64,000 nucleotides of DNA, taken from an uncultured delta proteobacterium (lineage in GTDB: Bacteria > Desulfobacterota > Binatia > UBA9968). Below, piece by piece: positions 1 through 12,280 of this stretch. Location of the stretch: assembly GCA_963755715.1 (NCBI GenBank), contig CAVWLW010000024.1:96001-160000 (forward strand), read 5' to 3'. Within the stretch, counting starts at the first letter, position 1, and each line of letters opens with the position of its first letter. Made by a program: the position numbers and the translations under genes. The notes beneath the pieces are model-generated. The model ran no database searches. It had not been told where the DNA came from and was given only the letters and a program-made list of their open reading frames with translations.

Positions 1-1268
1 GTCTTCGCCTTTGATCGCTTCCCACACTTCGAGCGCCAGGCGCGGCACGGTCATCGGTTTTTGATCCCAGTGCTCTTGCGCTTGCTTGCTCCATTTGGCG
101 CGGTTTTCTCTGTGGCGTTTGCCGATCTCTTCGGTGCGTTTGGCAATCTTTTCGCGAGCCCGGAAGTTTTTGCGATGCGTTCTTTCAAGAGTTTCGTCAA
201 TTGCGGCGCGGTGGTGACCGGATCGGCGGTCATGCGTTGCTGCGCGTAGTAGGGGCGGGCGTAGTCCATCGACCACTTGCTGATCTCGATGTCGGTGAAG
301 CCGATATCGATCCAGGTCGCATTCGCTTGCACTTTGCTGACGACGGTCCGAGTAGAAATGTCGCGCACATGGGTCGGTTTCTCGAAGTCGGCGATGTCGA
401 GCGTGAGCACGACGTCGACGCCTTCGTAACAGCCGTCAAAATCCGAGGTGAGGTTGAGCGGATGGTCGCTCGGAAAATTGAGCCGCGAGCCAACGTCCCA
501 CACCGACGCGCCTAAAGTTTCGGCGAGCTCGACGACGTGGTTCCAGCCGTGCGGCGGGCGGGCAGCGAAGTCGGCGATGATCGCCACCCGATTGGCGGCG
601 GCGAGAGTGTCGGCGGCTTTTATTAACGCTACCGGATCGGCGGCGGGTGCCGTCGGCACGGTGACCGCGTCTGGCGGCGGCATCTCGACGTCGTGATCTA
701 ACTGCGCTTCCTGCAGGCCCGCGTCATAAACCATATAGATCGGACCTTGGCGCGCGCTCATCATCACCGAATAAGCCCGCGCGAATGCGCCGGGCACGCC
801 GTCGACGGTTGATGGTTGATAATCCCACTTGACGAAATTGCGGATCGCTTCCCCTTGGCCGTTGGCGGTGTGAATCCAGTCAATGAACGGACGGCGCTTG
901 GGCTCGGCCATCGGCCCGGTGGCACCGATGAGAAAGACCGGCGCGCGATCGAGATAGGCGTAGTAGACGCCCATCGGCGCATGCAGCAACCCGACAAGGT
1001 TATGCACGATGGCGATCATCGGCTTGCCTTTGGCGCGGGCGTAGCCGTGGGCGATCTGCACGGCGATCTTTTCATGCTGGCAGAGCAGCATCGGCGGATC
1101 GTTCTCGCCGTGATTGACCAGCGAGTCGTGCAAGCCGCGATAACTCGCGCCCGGATTGAGCGCAATGTATTCGAAGTCGTAACGTTTGATCATGTCGACG
1201 ATGATGTCGGACTGCCAGCGTTTGTCTGATTTTTTGATGGTCTCGGCTTTTGGTGCAGGCTTTGCCAT
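1..1268 (-). CDS. Thiamine pyrophosphate-binding enzyme (acetolactate synthase/benzoylformate decarboxylase-like), 3' end beyond window; one frameshift near 150
   Basis: N-terminal TPP domain (NPGASYRGLHDSLVN, HEKIAVQIAHGYA); ATG at 1268 with GGAGG RBS; second frame continues KIAKRTEEIGKRH...PRLALEVWEAIKGED to the window edge, matching the paralog. Confidence 0.85.
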
Positions 1269-1303
1269 GTAATATTCCTCCTTTGCGATCAACTAAGTTT
1301 TTT

Positions 1304-1383
1304 CACCACGAAGAACACGAAGGTCACGAAGGTTTTGGATAAGTTCGTTTTGTGAATTTCGTGCTCTTCGTGCCTTCGTGGTT
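1304..1383. repeat. REP-like palindrome, 'cacgaag' family (three cacgaag units, AT-rich spacer, three ttcgtg units)
   Basis: caccacgaagaacacgaaggtcacgaagg...ttcgtgctcttcgtgccttcgtggtt; related copies at 36478, 41855, 46184. Confidence 0.9.
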
Positions 1384-1394
1384 AGATATTTTTC

Positions 1395-3167
1395 CTACGC
1401 GTTTTCGCCACGGCGCCAGACGATGGCGTCGACCAGCGCCGGTTTGCCGGCTTTGACCTGGGCGATGGCGCGCTTTACGGCCGGGCCGACTTCGGCGGGA
1501 TCTTCGATCGGTCCCTCGGCGTACCAGCCGATGCCTTTGGCGATGTGCGCGAAGTCGGGCGGCGGGCCTTCGAGGTCCATGCCGATATAGGCGCGCGCCG
1601 GATCGGTGCCACGCTGATGCGCCATATGAATTTGGTGCGCCCAGTCGTTGTAGTAGGCGCGGTTGTTGTACATCACAATCAGCATCGGGAATGCCATACT
1701 TGACCGGCATCCAAAGCGCGCCGAGATCGAACATCAGATCGCCGTCCGGCTGCAGATCGATGACGAGCTTGCCCGAGCCTTTGTGAGCTAGAGCGACGCC
1801 GATGGACATGCCGATCTGCGTGCCGGTGCCGAGCTCGCGGCCGACGTGGCGGTAGGGCTTGTCGAAATCCCATACTTTGTGGACCCATTCTTTCAGCGTG
1901 TTGGCGGTTAGCACCCAATCGTCGTCCTTGATGACTTGCCAAACCTCATGCGCCAGACGCGACTCGGTCATCGGCCGCTCGTTCCATTCCTCTTTCACTT
2001 GGTCTTGCCACTTTTGCCACTGGCGCGCGTGTCTTTCGCCGATGGCTTTTTTGCGTTCGGCGATTCTTGTCGTGAGCGATTTGTTGCCGTCGATGCGTTT
2101 ACGGCAAGCGGCGGTCAACGCCGGCAGTGACAGCGCGCTGTCGCCGAGCACGCGTAGGTCCCAGTTGTGGTGCTTGTTGTAATCGGTGGCCCATTTGCTG
2201 ATCTCGATATCGGCGAAGCCGACGTCGATCCACTTGCAGTCGGGTGCGGTGACGACACTGACTTCGCGCGTTTGCGTGTTCAGCTTGTGCGAGCCGCGCG
2301 TCCAGTCGACGACGTCTAATGCCGCCACGACGTCGACGCCTTTGAAAGCGTCGCCATGAAAACTCAGCACTCTAGCGGATGGCGATTGGGAAATCCGAGA
2401 CGTTTATTGATGTCGTAAACCGAAGCGCCGAGGGTCTCGGCCAGTTCGACCGTCGAGTTAAAGCCGATGGGCATGCGCGCCGCATATTCAGTCAGCAACA
2501 GCGGATTCTCCGCAGCCATCAGCATATCGGCGGCTTCTTCGACGACTGCCGGCTCGGGTGCAATGCGCGATGGAACTTTGACCGAATATTTCGGCAACGC
2601 CATCTCTTCCTTCATCGGACTTTCCTGCATCGCCGAGTCGTAGACCATGTAGACGGGGCCCTGCGGCTCGCTCATCATAATCGAGTAGGCGCGCGCGAAC
2701 GAATCCGGCACACCGTGAATGCTGCCGGGTTGGTAATCCCACTTGGTAAAGCCGCGCACCACGTCGCCTTGGGCGAAGGCGGTATGGATCCAATCAATGA
2801 ACGGCCGGCGGAGTTTTTCATCCATCGGTCCGGTGGCGCCGACGATAAAGACCGGCGAGCGATCGATGTAGGCATAGTAAATTCCCATCGGCGCGTGCAG
2901 CAGGCCGACGACGTTATGAACGATCGCCATCATCGGCTTGCCGCTGGCCTTGGCGTAGCCGTGGGCGATCTGCACGGCGATCTTTTCATGATTGCAGAGC
3001 AGCATCGGCGGCTGGTTCTCACCGTAATTCACTAGCGAGTCGTGCAGGCCGCGATAACTCGCGCCGGGGTTGAGCGCGATATAAGGAAACTCGTATTGCT
3101 TGATCAGATCGACGATGACGTCGGATTGCCAGCGTTGGGAAGATTTTTTTATGTTTGTGTCGCTCAT
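1395..3167 (-). CDS. Second TPP-binding enzyme, tandem paralog; split by two frameshifts
   Basis: ORFs 2364-3167, 1324-2370 and 1395-1697 join into PYR, middle and PP domains; GDG motif (PDGDLMF) followed by NN (MYNNRAY). Confidence 0.88.
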
Positions 3168-3411
3168 ATCAATTTTTCCTTCTCAATCTCAATGACAAAG
3201 TTTGTCGATAAAAATATCGGTTGCCCAGGAGATATTCGTATCACAGAAGCCGAATTCCGCTAAGGCATGCGCTACTTGATGTGATATCCGGGTTTGGCTA
3301 AATTCGTCAAGTCCATGGTGTGTCCGCCAGATTCTCCGATTACCGAAATCACCGTCACTGACAAAATTTCCTGGTGTTCCGTCACCCATCCATGGTAAAA
3401 ACGTCTCGATC

Positions 3412-5030
3412 TTGTTCGGCCCCAATTATTTCCTAAATTCCAAGGAAACAACGACCGAAAGAGGAGGGAGTGCGTCGCGCCGCAGTTCGGGTTCGGTGTT
3501 CATCGGGGCATGCATTTTCTTGATTAGCACGCCATGGGGGCTCGCTCTCTATCTAGATTCTTTAGTCTATATTGGTGTCGCTCGCAGTATCCTTAACGGC
3601 GATGGGATTTACTTCCTGAACGATGTGGGTGCGTTCACCCCGGTGACTGTGTATCCGCCCCTCTACTCAGTGATGATTGCAGCCTTTAGCCTGTTTGGAT
3701 TGGATCCTCTCGATGGAGTGCGAGCGACCAGCACGTTGTTTTTTGCGGCCAATGCGGCTCTTGTGGCGTTCATCATCTATCGAGCTACTTCGTCGAAGGT
3801 CGCTGCTCTGCTTGCCAGTTATCTCGCACTCAGCGCATTTCCTATGGTTCACATTCATCTACAAGCGCTTTCCGAACCGATGTTTATTTTCCTCTCCTTC
3901 TCGGGGTTCTGCTTTTTGGTGGTCTATTTAAGCGGCGGCCAACCCAGGTTGCTGTATTGGGCTTCGTTGACTATCGCTCTGGGCAGTCTTACGAGATACG
4001 TTGGGATTGCCACTATTCTCACGGGTACCGCCGCGATTCTTTGGTTCGGCAAGCAATATTGGAAGAAAAAGTTGATCGATGCAGTCCTGTTTTTGGGTCT
4101 CAGTTCTTTACCTTTGTTTGCTTGGGTTTTAAGAAATTACTTCTGGCGGGAAATCCCGTCAGTCGAACATTCGGGTTCCATCCACCTGGACTGATGGACC
4201 TAGTGCCGGCGACCGATACGATTTGTCAGTGGTTATTACCGGTTGGCGGGGGCAATTCCACGCCATGGGAGAATCGAGTCATTGTGGGAGCAGTATTTCT
4301 TTCACTCGCCTGGATGTGTATCAAAATAGGTTTTCCGAGATCACGCCATGCCCAGGTCGCGGCATTGAGCGTCCTAATCTATTGTGGATTTTTGCTGATC
4401 TGCTGGTCGATCATTGACCAGGCGACCTATTTCGATACTCGGACTTTGGCCTTTCCCTACGTCGGGGTTATGATCGTGGCGGTCTCGATCGTCACCCATT
4501 GGCTTAGGGCAGTCAGACCACAGACAAAATCTTGGCGCTGGTTTGGCTTCGATTGTTTGATCATTACGATCTTAATGGCGCAATCGGTGATGGGCGTGAG
4601 CTGGTTGCACGAAAGCTATTCTAATGGTCTTGGTTTTTCTCTAGAACGGTGGCGAAGATCCGAGTTGATGCAGTTCGTAAAAACCGTGCCTTTCTCTCTC
4701 GCGATTTTTAGCAATGCTCCGGACTATATTTATACCATCACAGGTACGCGAGCGGCCATGATCCCGCGGAAGATCGACTCCAATAATCGTCTTCCTAACA
4801 AGCGTTATGCGGATGAAATCACCGACATGAAAGAGCGACTATCAAAGGGTAACGGGTTTATCCTGTATTTTGATACAGAAAGCCGTCTATGGTTTCTACC
4901 GTCCAAAGATGAACTAGAAAAGAAATTGCCACTGCAAGCGATAAAAACTGCGCTGGATGGCACAATCTACACCCTACGAAATCCCACGGCGGTTGGCGAC
5001 CAAGAAAAGACCGTTGGAGAGTTGCGCTAA
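3412..5030 (+). CDS. Polytopic membrane glycosyltransferase, GT-C fold (ArnT/PMT-like); frameshift near 4150, start uncertain
   Basis: DSLVYIGVARSI, YPPLYS, LSEPMF and LTRYVG motifs, many TM segments; ORFs 3412-4194 and 3957-5030. Confidence 0.7.
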
Positions 5031-5163
5031 ATACGCAAGCGCTGTCTGCACGGCGCTAGGTTTTTTGACCGACTGATGCCAGTGGTGCAATTTCCTGGGG
5101 TGAAAAAGGCCAACTCGCTGAACACAATGAGATCCGCGCAATCCATCCGGTTGCTTGATCCTA

Positions 5164-5877
5164 TCAAAGTCCCAAATAGGCCCGGCGCACGCGCTGGTCA
5201 TTCAGCAGTTCGTGGCCAGAGCCGGCGACAACGATGCGGCCATTTTCCAGCACGTAAGCGTGTTGCGAAAGCTTCAGTGACACGGCGACATTTTGTTCGA
5301 CGAGCAAAACGGTCAAGCCCTTTTGATTGAGCGTGTGAATCGTCTGCAGCAATTGCTGAACGACGTTTGGTGCAAGGCCGAGCGAGGGCTCGTCGAACAT
5401 GATCAGCTCGGGGCGGCCCATGAGGCAGCGGCCGATGGCGAGCATCTGCTGCTCACCGCCGGAAAGCGTGCCGGCGAGTTGTTTTTTGCGCTCGCCAAGA
5501 CGCGGGAAGAGCGCAAATACGCTCTCCATCGTTTGCTTCATTTTTTTTTGCGCGCGCGGCAGCATGGCGCCCATGGCCAGATTCTCGGTGGTGGTTAGGC
5601 TCGGAAAGAGCTGGCGGCCCTCGGCGACTTGACCGATGCCGAGATTGCAGATCTCATGCGAATCCAGGCCGGTGATATCGCGCCCGGCAAAAACAATCCG
5701 GCCGCCACGCGGCCGCTCGATACCGGCGATGGCGCGGATCAGCGACGACTTGCCGGCGCCGTTGGCGCCGACGATGGCCACGATCTCGTTCTTGGGTATT
5801 TCAAGCGAGACGGCCGCAAGGGCTGGCGCGTCGCCATAGAACAAATCGAGGTCTTTCACTTCGAGCAATGCGGTCAT
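5164..5877 (-). CDS. livF: Branched-chain amino acid-type ABC ATPase
   Basis: MTALLEVKDL start; GANGAGKS, LSGGEQQMLAIGR, DEPSLGLAP, VEQN. Confidence 0.9.
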   Translation of the reverse strand: MTALLEVKDLDLFYGDAPALAAVSLEIPKNEIVAIVGANGAGKSSLIRAIAGIERPRGGRIVFAGRDITGLDSHEICNLGIGQVAEGRQLFPSLTTTENLAMGAMLPRAQKKMKQTMESVFALFPRLGERKKQLAGTLSGGEQQMLAIGRCLMGRPELIMFDEPSLGLAPNVVQQLLQTIHTLNQKGLTVLLVEQNVAVSLKLSQHAYVLENGRIVVAGSGHELLNDQRVRRAYLGL

Positions 5878-6605
5878 AGCTCCAAGTCCTCGCCGAGATA
5901 GCATTCCAGCACTGCGGCGTCGAGTACCACTTGCGCCGGTGAACCCTGCGCGATCATCTCGCCATGATGGAGCACGATAACTTTGTGCGCCAGCGCCATC
6001 ACGGCGCGCATGACATGTTCGATCAAAAGAATCGTCACTCCGTCGCGTTGATTGATCTCTTGCAAGAAGGCAATCAATTGGTCGCATTCTAAGGGACGTA
6101 ACCCGGCCATCACTTCGTCGAGGAGCAGGAGTTTCGGCCGGGTGGCGAGAGCGCGCGCGATTTCGAGTTTTTTTCTGTCCGGCAAAGTGAGTGAAGAAGC
6201 GGGAAAGTCGCGTTTCGATCCGAGGCCGAGTTTGTCGATAATCGTCGAAGCGAATGCTCGCGCTTCGTCGACTCTCGCGCAGCATCTGAGCGCGCCGACA
6301 ATCACGTTATCGAGCACCGAGAGGCCGGCGAAAGGTCTTTACGATCTGAAAAGTGCGGCCGATGCCGAGCGACGCAAATCTGATCGGGCCGCAGCCCATC
6401 GATCGGTTTGCCGGCGAAGAGAATCGCTCCGTCGTCGGGCCGGAGCGCGCCGGCGACCATGTTGAAAATCGTCGTTTTGCCGGCGCCGTTGGGACCGATG
6501 AGAGCGACGATCGCGCCGTTCTTCGACTTCGAAGGAGACGTTTGTGACCGCGCGCAGGCCGCGAAAGGATTTGCTGAGCCTTTGCACATTCAACAGAAAA
6601 CTCAT
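5874..6605 (-). CDS. livG: Branched-chain amino acid-type ABC ATPase (frameshifted)
   Basis: Pieces give MSFLLNVQRLSKSFRGLRAV, GPNGAGKTT, GIGRTFQIV, LLLDEVMAGL, IEHVMRAVM. Confidence 0.85.
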
Positions 6606-7574
6606 TCACGCACCTTGAGCTTGCGCGCCAGCGCGGGCCAGATGCCGTGGGGCAGAAAGACGATGACGGCAAATAACACGATGCCGTAGATCAATTGCTT
6701 GATGCCCGGCACTTCCCAACCGAAGGCAACGACGATTTCGCTCGTGCCTTCGGCGAGCAGGGCGAGTAGCGCTGCGCCCACGATAGGACCGAAGATCGTG
6801 CCGAATGCCACCGATGATCGGTCCCAAAATAATTTCGACCGAGCGGTTGATGCTGAATAGCTGCTCGGGGAAGAGACTGCCGTAGTAAAACGCCGAGAAT
6901 ACGCCGGCAAGCGCTGTCATCGCGGCGCTGATGACGACAGCGAGCATTTTCCAGCGAAAGGTATTGATGCCGAGTGCTTGGGCGGCGTCTTCATTTTCGC
7001 GAATCGCCTGCCAGTAATAGCCGGCGCGGCTGTGCAAAAGCCAAGCGCTCAAAGCCAAGGCCGCCGCGGTGAGCGCAAGAATCACATAATAAAACATCGC
7101 CGGCGTGCCGCGCAGATTGAGCAGCTCGATGCGGTCGCGCTCGGCAACCTTGAGAAACATTCCGCCCGAACCGCCGAGCCAAGCGAAATGATCCAAGCCG
7201 ATGCGGGCGAATTCGGCAAATGCGATCGTCAGCAAGGTAAAGTAAACGCCGGCGACGCCGTAGCGAAAGGCGAGGGCGCCGATCGCCGCGCCCAACAGAG
7301 CGCACAGCGCGATCGAAAGCCACAGTCCGGCCCAGGGACCGATGCCGAAATGGAAATAGAGCGCGGCCGCAGCGTAAGCGCCGACGCCGAGATAAAGCGA
7401 ATGGCCGAGGGAGAGCTGGCCGGCGAAACCCATCATGATATTCCACGCCTGGCCGGCGTAAGCGAAGAACAGGAAGAGCGTCATCACAGACAAGAGGTAC
7501 TGACCGGCGACGGCGGGCAGAAGAACCAGAACCGAACCCAGGGTCGCGAGCCATAGAGCAGCGCGCCGCTTCAC
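6602..7574 (-). CDS. livM: Branched-chain amino acid ABC permease (frameshifted)
   Basis: WNIMMGFAGQLSLGH, AIRENEDAAQALGIN; C-terminus in ORF 6602-6910. Confidence 0.85.
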
Positions 7575-8448
7575 AGTTTGCTGCCCAGGAGGCCGCGCGG
7601 GCGAAACAGCAAAACGAGAATGAGCAGCGCGAAACTAAACATGCCCTTGGCCGACGGCGTGACGTAGAATCCAGCGAGCGCTTCGGACACACCGATCAGT
7701 ACGCCGCCGACCAGCGCGCCGGTCATGGAGCCGAGGCCGCCGACGATCACAATCACGAAAGCGAGAAGCGTGTAGGCGGGGCCGAGGCCGGGCGTCAAGT
7801 CGACGAGCATGATCATCATACAGCCGGCGATCCCGCCGCACGCCGAGCCGAGGCCGAAAGCGAGCGCGTAAAGCCTCTTCACGTCGAGGCCGACGACTTT
7901 GGCACCGAGCCAGTTGTCGGCGCAGGCGCGGATCGCCGTGCCGGTATGGGTAAAACCGAAGAGCGCAAATAACCCCGCTGCTGCGCCGAAAGCGATCAGG
8001 CCGGCGTAAAGCTTGCCACGGTCGATGAGCAGAGGACCGAGCTCGATGGGTTCGAGCAAATAGTCGAGACTGACGGCGCGCGCGTCCGGGCCGAAGAGGA
8101 TGAGCAGGCTATTCGTTATGATGATCGCCGAGCGGCCAAGAGCAAGATGAACTGCGAATGTTCGGGACGAGTGACGAACGGATGAATCACGGCCCCGTAC
8201 AGCACGTAACCGAAAATAAAAAAGATTACCGCGACGGGCGCCACAGACAAAAAGGGCTCGAGATGTAACGTGGAAAACAAAAGCACGGATAGATACATGG
8301 CGAGCGCCATCATTTCGCCGTGGGCGAAGTTGACGACCCGCGCCACGCCGAAGATCACCGAGAGGCCGAGCGCCATGAGACCGTAGACGATGCCGGTCAA
8401 GAGGCCGGAGATGACGACATTGGCAAGGTTGACGAAGTCCAGAGACAT
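7571..8448 (-). CDS. livH: Branched-chain amino acid ABC permease (frameshifted)
   Basis: ALGLSVIFGVARVVNFAHGE; VIVGGLGS...LLFRPRGLLG. Confidence 0.85.
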
Positions 8449-8568
8449 GAGAGGTGAATTAACGACTGCCTGAGTGGTTCAGCGAATGAAGGTTAGTCAA
8501 TGTTTAGCGCGGCATTTTCGCTGCTGCTCGCCATGAAAGACAGCGCTCGGCGTTTCACGATCGGCGAT

Positions 8569-9789
8569 TTACACTTTCTTATATTCCCGCCAAGGAAATT
8601 CCGGCTTAGCCTCGGCGGCGGCTTCGGGCAATACCACAACCGGTTTCTGTCGCTGATTTTGAATGCATGCCGAAAGGTTGCCTTCGACTTGTCCCTTGGC
8701 GTTGAACTTGATCGGGCCGCCGATCATCATGCGATTATTAATCTCGGTTTGACGAATGGCTTCCGCGAGTGCTTGTGGATTCGTCGCTTTCGCGCGCTTG
8801 TAAGCGTCGGCAGCGATCAAGATCGCTTCGAAAGTGTAGCCGACGTTGAGCGCGTGAAAGCGAAGTTGATCTTTCGGATTTTGTTTTCGGAACGCCGTAT
8901 CCACCATCTTGGCTAACCGCGACTTCGGATCGTACCATGGCACGTTGGAGAGACAACCTTCGGAAAGTTTGCCCAACGTCTGGAAAAATTGGTTTTCATA
9001 CATTCCCGGCGAGCCCGGGCTGATGATGCCCATGAGGTTCCAGCGCTGCTTGACGATCTCGCGGCGCAGAACGATGGCGTCGTTTAAACGCGAGACCAGG
9101 AGCAGGAAGTCGGCCTTGCTCGCTTTCGCTTTAGCGATCTCGACCGACAAATCTTTGGCGGCCGGATCGTAGGAGATCGTATCGACGAGCTTAAACGGTA
9201 AATCGAGCCGCGGCAGGATTGCGCCGATCGCTTTGGCGTTGGCCTGCCCGAACGTGTCGTTGACGTGCATGAACACCGCCGTGCGCGGCGTCGCGCCGGT
9301 GGCCTGGAAGAGATCGTTGATGAGGTTCAGACCGTTGGTCACCAACTCCGCGGCGACGGGAAAATTGCGAAAGACATACTTGTAGCCCTGTTCGGTGATC
9401 TGCGGCGCCGCGGCGATATTGATGACGAACGGCACACCGCGCTGCTCGGCGACCTGAGCGATGGCCGCCGCGGCGCCCGAGTCGAACGGGCCGACTAGGC
9501 AGTGCACGCCCTCCTGAACCAATCTCTCGGCGCGCGTGCGCGCAGTATCGACGTTGGTTTCGGTGTCGGCATTCATCAGCTCGATGTCGACGCCGAGCAA
9601 GTCGCGAATTACCGCGGGCGCGAGATCGGCGCCTTTTTGACAGGACTGGCCGATCAAGCCTTGCAGTCCCGACTTCGGCAAGAGCACGCCGATCTTGAGC
9701 TTCATCGGTTGAGCGTGGACGATATTAAACGGCGCGAGCGCGGCCGCGCTCGTCGTCAAAAGATATTTGTGGAATTGCCTACGATTCAT
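8569..9789 (-). CDS. LivJ/K-type ABC substrate-binding protein with Tat-like signal
   Basis: MNRRQFH...VHAQ signal; LKIGVLLPKSG, GPIKFNAKGQ; upstream of livHMGF. Confidence 0.85.
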   Translation of the reverse strand: MNRRQFHKYLLTTSAAALAPFNIVHAQPMKLKIGVLLPKSGLQGLIGQSCQKGADLAPAVIRDLLGVDIELMNADTETNVDTARTRAERLVQEGVHCLVGPFDSGAAAAIAQVAEQRGVPFVINIAAAPQITEQGYKYVFRNFPVAAELVTNGLNLINDLFQATGATPRTAVFMHVNDTFGQANAKAIGAILPRLDLPFKLVDTISYDPAAKDLSVEIAKAKASKADFLLLVSRLNDAIVLRREIVKQRWNLMGIISPGSPGMYENQFFQTLGKLSEGCLSNVPWYDPKSRLAKMVDTAFRKQNPKDQLRFHALNVGYTFEAILIAADAYKRAKATNPQALAEAIRQTEINNRMMIGGPIKFNAKGQVEGNLSACIQNQRQKPVVVLPEAAAEAKPEFPWREYKKV

Positions 9790-10047
9790 TTCGTCTTCGG
9801 TTGAAACTTTACTATGCGCCGACGAAGATTGTCGCAATTGATTTGGCGAGAATTTCAAGCCGACGGCGACTAAAGTAGCGATGGCGCCGGCTGATGTCAA
9901 TTGAATGCAGCCACGAGCGAGGGGGGATGCGGCACCGTATTTCCCGGGCTTCGTAAGGGCGCGTCGTAAAAGAGAAAGGCGGTCCGACGTAAACCGCTCA
10001 CCGGTTTCACCGTCTAATCGAACTAAGATTGATACAGGAGGTTAGCT

Positions 10048-10335
10048 ATGAAAAATTCGAAGAATATTCTATTGGGGGCTGTGCTTCTGACCGGCGTCTT
10101 CGCCATGGCTGCACCAGCTTCTGCGGACTATTATCGGCGCGCTGATTTTCGCAATGATCGACGGGAACTTTATCAGGACCGGCGTGAGCTGTCTCGGGAT
10201 CGAGCGGAGTTATACCGCGATCGACGCAACGGCGCGAGTCGGGCTGAAATCGCAAACGACCGGCGTGAGATTTGGCAGGACCGGCGCGAATTACGCAATG
10301 ACCGATTGGATCATCGTTCCTGGTGGCATTGGTAA
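10048..10335 (+). CDS. Small secreted protein with DRRE(L/I)xx heptad repeats
   Basis: AGGAGG RBS; Sec signal ending APASA; repeats DRRELYQ DRRELSR DRAELYR ... DRREIWQ DRRELRN. Confidence 0.8.
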   Translation: MKNSKNILLGAVLLTGVFAMAAPASADYYRRADFRNDRRELYQDRRELSRDRAELYRDRRNGASRAEIANDRREIWQDRRELRNDRLDHRSWWHW

Positions 10336-10485
10336 TAAAATGCAGTTTACGATTTGAATGACGTTGACTGCTTAACGCGCGCGAAGATGACCTTCCTAAA
10401 TCCGGCCGGGATGTGTGTTCATGAATGCATGCCCTGGCCGGAAATTTGTTCGGCGATAAGGTCAATGTTTTTGTCTTGGTGAACT

Positions 10486-10510
10486 AAAAACGCCTTCTTA
10501 GGAAAGGGCG
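10486..10510 (-). terminator. Probable intrinsic terminator downstream of the MmgE/PrpD gene
   Basis: Minus strand cgccctttcctaagaaggcg followed by TTTTT. Confidence 0.5.
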
Positions 10511-10644
10511 CGGGGCCGCGTTTGTAGTAATAGTTCGACACTTTAGCGTTCGATGCACTTTGCTCCGTCATACAGCGCTATCAAAGTTGTTCTGTTTTTG
10601 TGAGCACCGCTTCGGCGCGGCGATTGTTGCCATCCGTCGCCGGC

Positions 10645-12087
10645 TTATGCGTCGACGCCGTTCATGATTTGCATCAACTTGCTGGCGTCGGTCAGTTGCG
10701 TAATCGACCGTGCTGCATCGATTAATTTTGATTGAACTTTTTCATGTAAAATCCCATCGCAGCAGGAGCGCACTTTTGCTTCCAGGTCTGCGTCGCTCAG
10801 CGGATTTTCCGGGCCGCCGCGGTAGCGCTCATCGGCCCAGCCTTCGACTCGGCGTCCATCTTTGAGTCGAATCGTGATGCGCGAGCGCATTTTGTCGAAG
10901 CCCATTTTTTCGATTTCCGGATCGAGCTCGGTCGTGATTCGCTTCTGCATCGCTTGCATCGATGCGGAAGCCGACGAACTCGTCCGAGAATTCCCGTTTG
11001 CCGGCTTTGCGTGCGAGGGCGATCATGGCCAGTGCGGCGGGAAGTGAAAACTTCGCCTGGAGATGGTTCGCCGCGATCGGATAGCGGATCGGATTCAAGA
11101 TATTTGTACCCGCATAAACTTTGACGCGTATCGATGTCGTCCGGTTTTACGTCATGTTCGGCTGACGAGTTTGAGCATCAAGTCGATCGTTGGATGCGTG
11201 AGCACGCCGCAAGGATAGGGTTTGATCGATACGCCGGGGTCGACGATCGTCCAGGCTTTGCCGAAGCCCTGCGAGGTCTTTCCCAGGCTGACACCGCCGC
11301 CTTGCACGGCATAAAAGCCCCACGGGCCGTCCAGCGCATCGGGATCGGCGGTGAAACCGCGCGCAGCCAGCAGCGCTGCGGTAACGCCGTTTTCCGCGGC
11401 ACGACCGACGTGGAGAGGTTTGGTCATGGTGCCGAAGTTGCAGCGGATGCCCGCCGCGAAACTTGCGGCAATGCCGAAGCCGCTGCGGAGTTTATCGCGA
11501 TTCAACCCGAGCAGTTTCGCCGCTGCGGCGTAGGCGCCGAAGGTGCCGACCGTGCCACTCGAATGCATGCCTTTGACATAATGCTGCGGCAGCATCCATT
11601 CGGAGATTTTGCATTCGACTTCAAAGCCGGTGAGAAACGCCAGCATGAAAGTCTTGCCGTCGATGCCGCCGAGCTTTTGCGCCAGCACCAGCGCGCTCGA
11701 TAGCGGCGGAATCGTGGGATGAGTTAAGAGCCCGTACACATGCGCCGGGTCGATGCTTACCTGGCTGTCGTCCCAGTCGTGAGCATGGCCGGCGGTGCCG
11801 AGCACTCGGGCTGCCATCGGTGCCGGCACTTTGGTATTTCTCCTGCCTAATAACAGCGCGTCGGGCCGGCCGCCGGTTTGTTCCGCGTCGTCGACAAGAA
11901 GCTGGACGGTATGCTCCTCGGAACCGGCGACAAAAAGGCCGAGACCATCGAGCAAACAGCGCGTGCCGATACGGACGGCTTCGGCGGGAATTTCTTCGAA
12001 CGTGATCTTGTCGACGAACTCGGCGGCGGCAGCCGTCGTTTTCAATCCAGCGGGAATTTTTGCGTAAATATTTTCTTCAGCAGCCAT
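10645..12087 (-). CDS. MmgE/PrpD family protein (two frameshifts)
   Basis: GTAGHAHDWDD, THPT, GMHSSGT, TKPLHVG, KPYPCGVLTHP, QAKFSLP, RGGPENPLS across three ORFs. Confidence 0.88.
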
Positions 12088-12280
12088 GGGTAACCTCGCG
12101 GCGCGACTTCGCTCACTAGAATCACGCGAGGCCCGACTTTACCGACGGATCTGGGCGCATGCAAGTTATTCCCGCACAAAGCTCGACTTGCAAACTATCT
12201 GACGGCGCCGAGTCTCGCGGCTAGATCGAAACTCTTTGGCTAGGGCGCGAGACTCGGTCGTGTTGAAATCAAGCAATGCC

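Noticed and set aside
1304-1383. cacgaag units as a CRISPR array
   Set aside because: Units are 8-9 nt, mirrored, with no unique spacers and no cas genes.
9930-9945. CGGCAC-N5-TTCC as a sigma-54 promoter for the repeat protein
   Set aside because: Lacks the conserved -12 GC.
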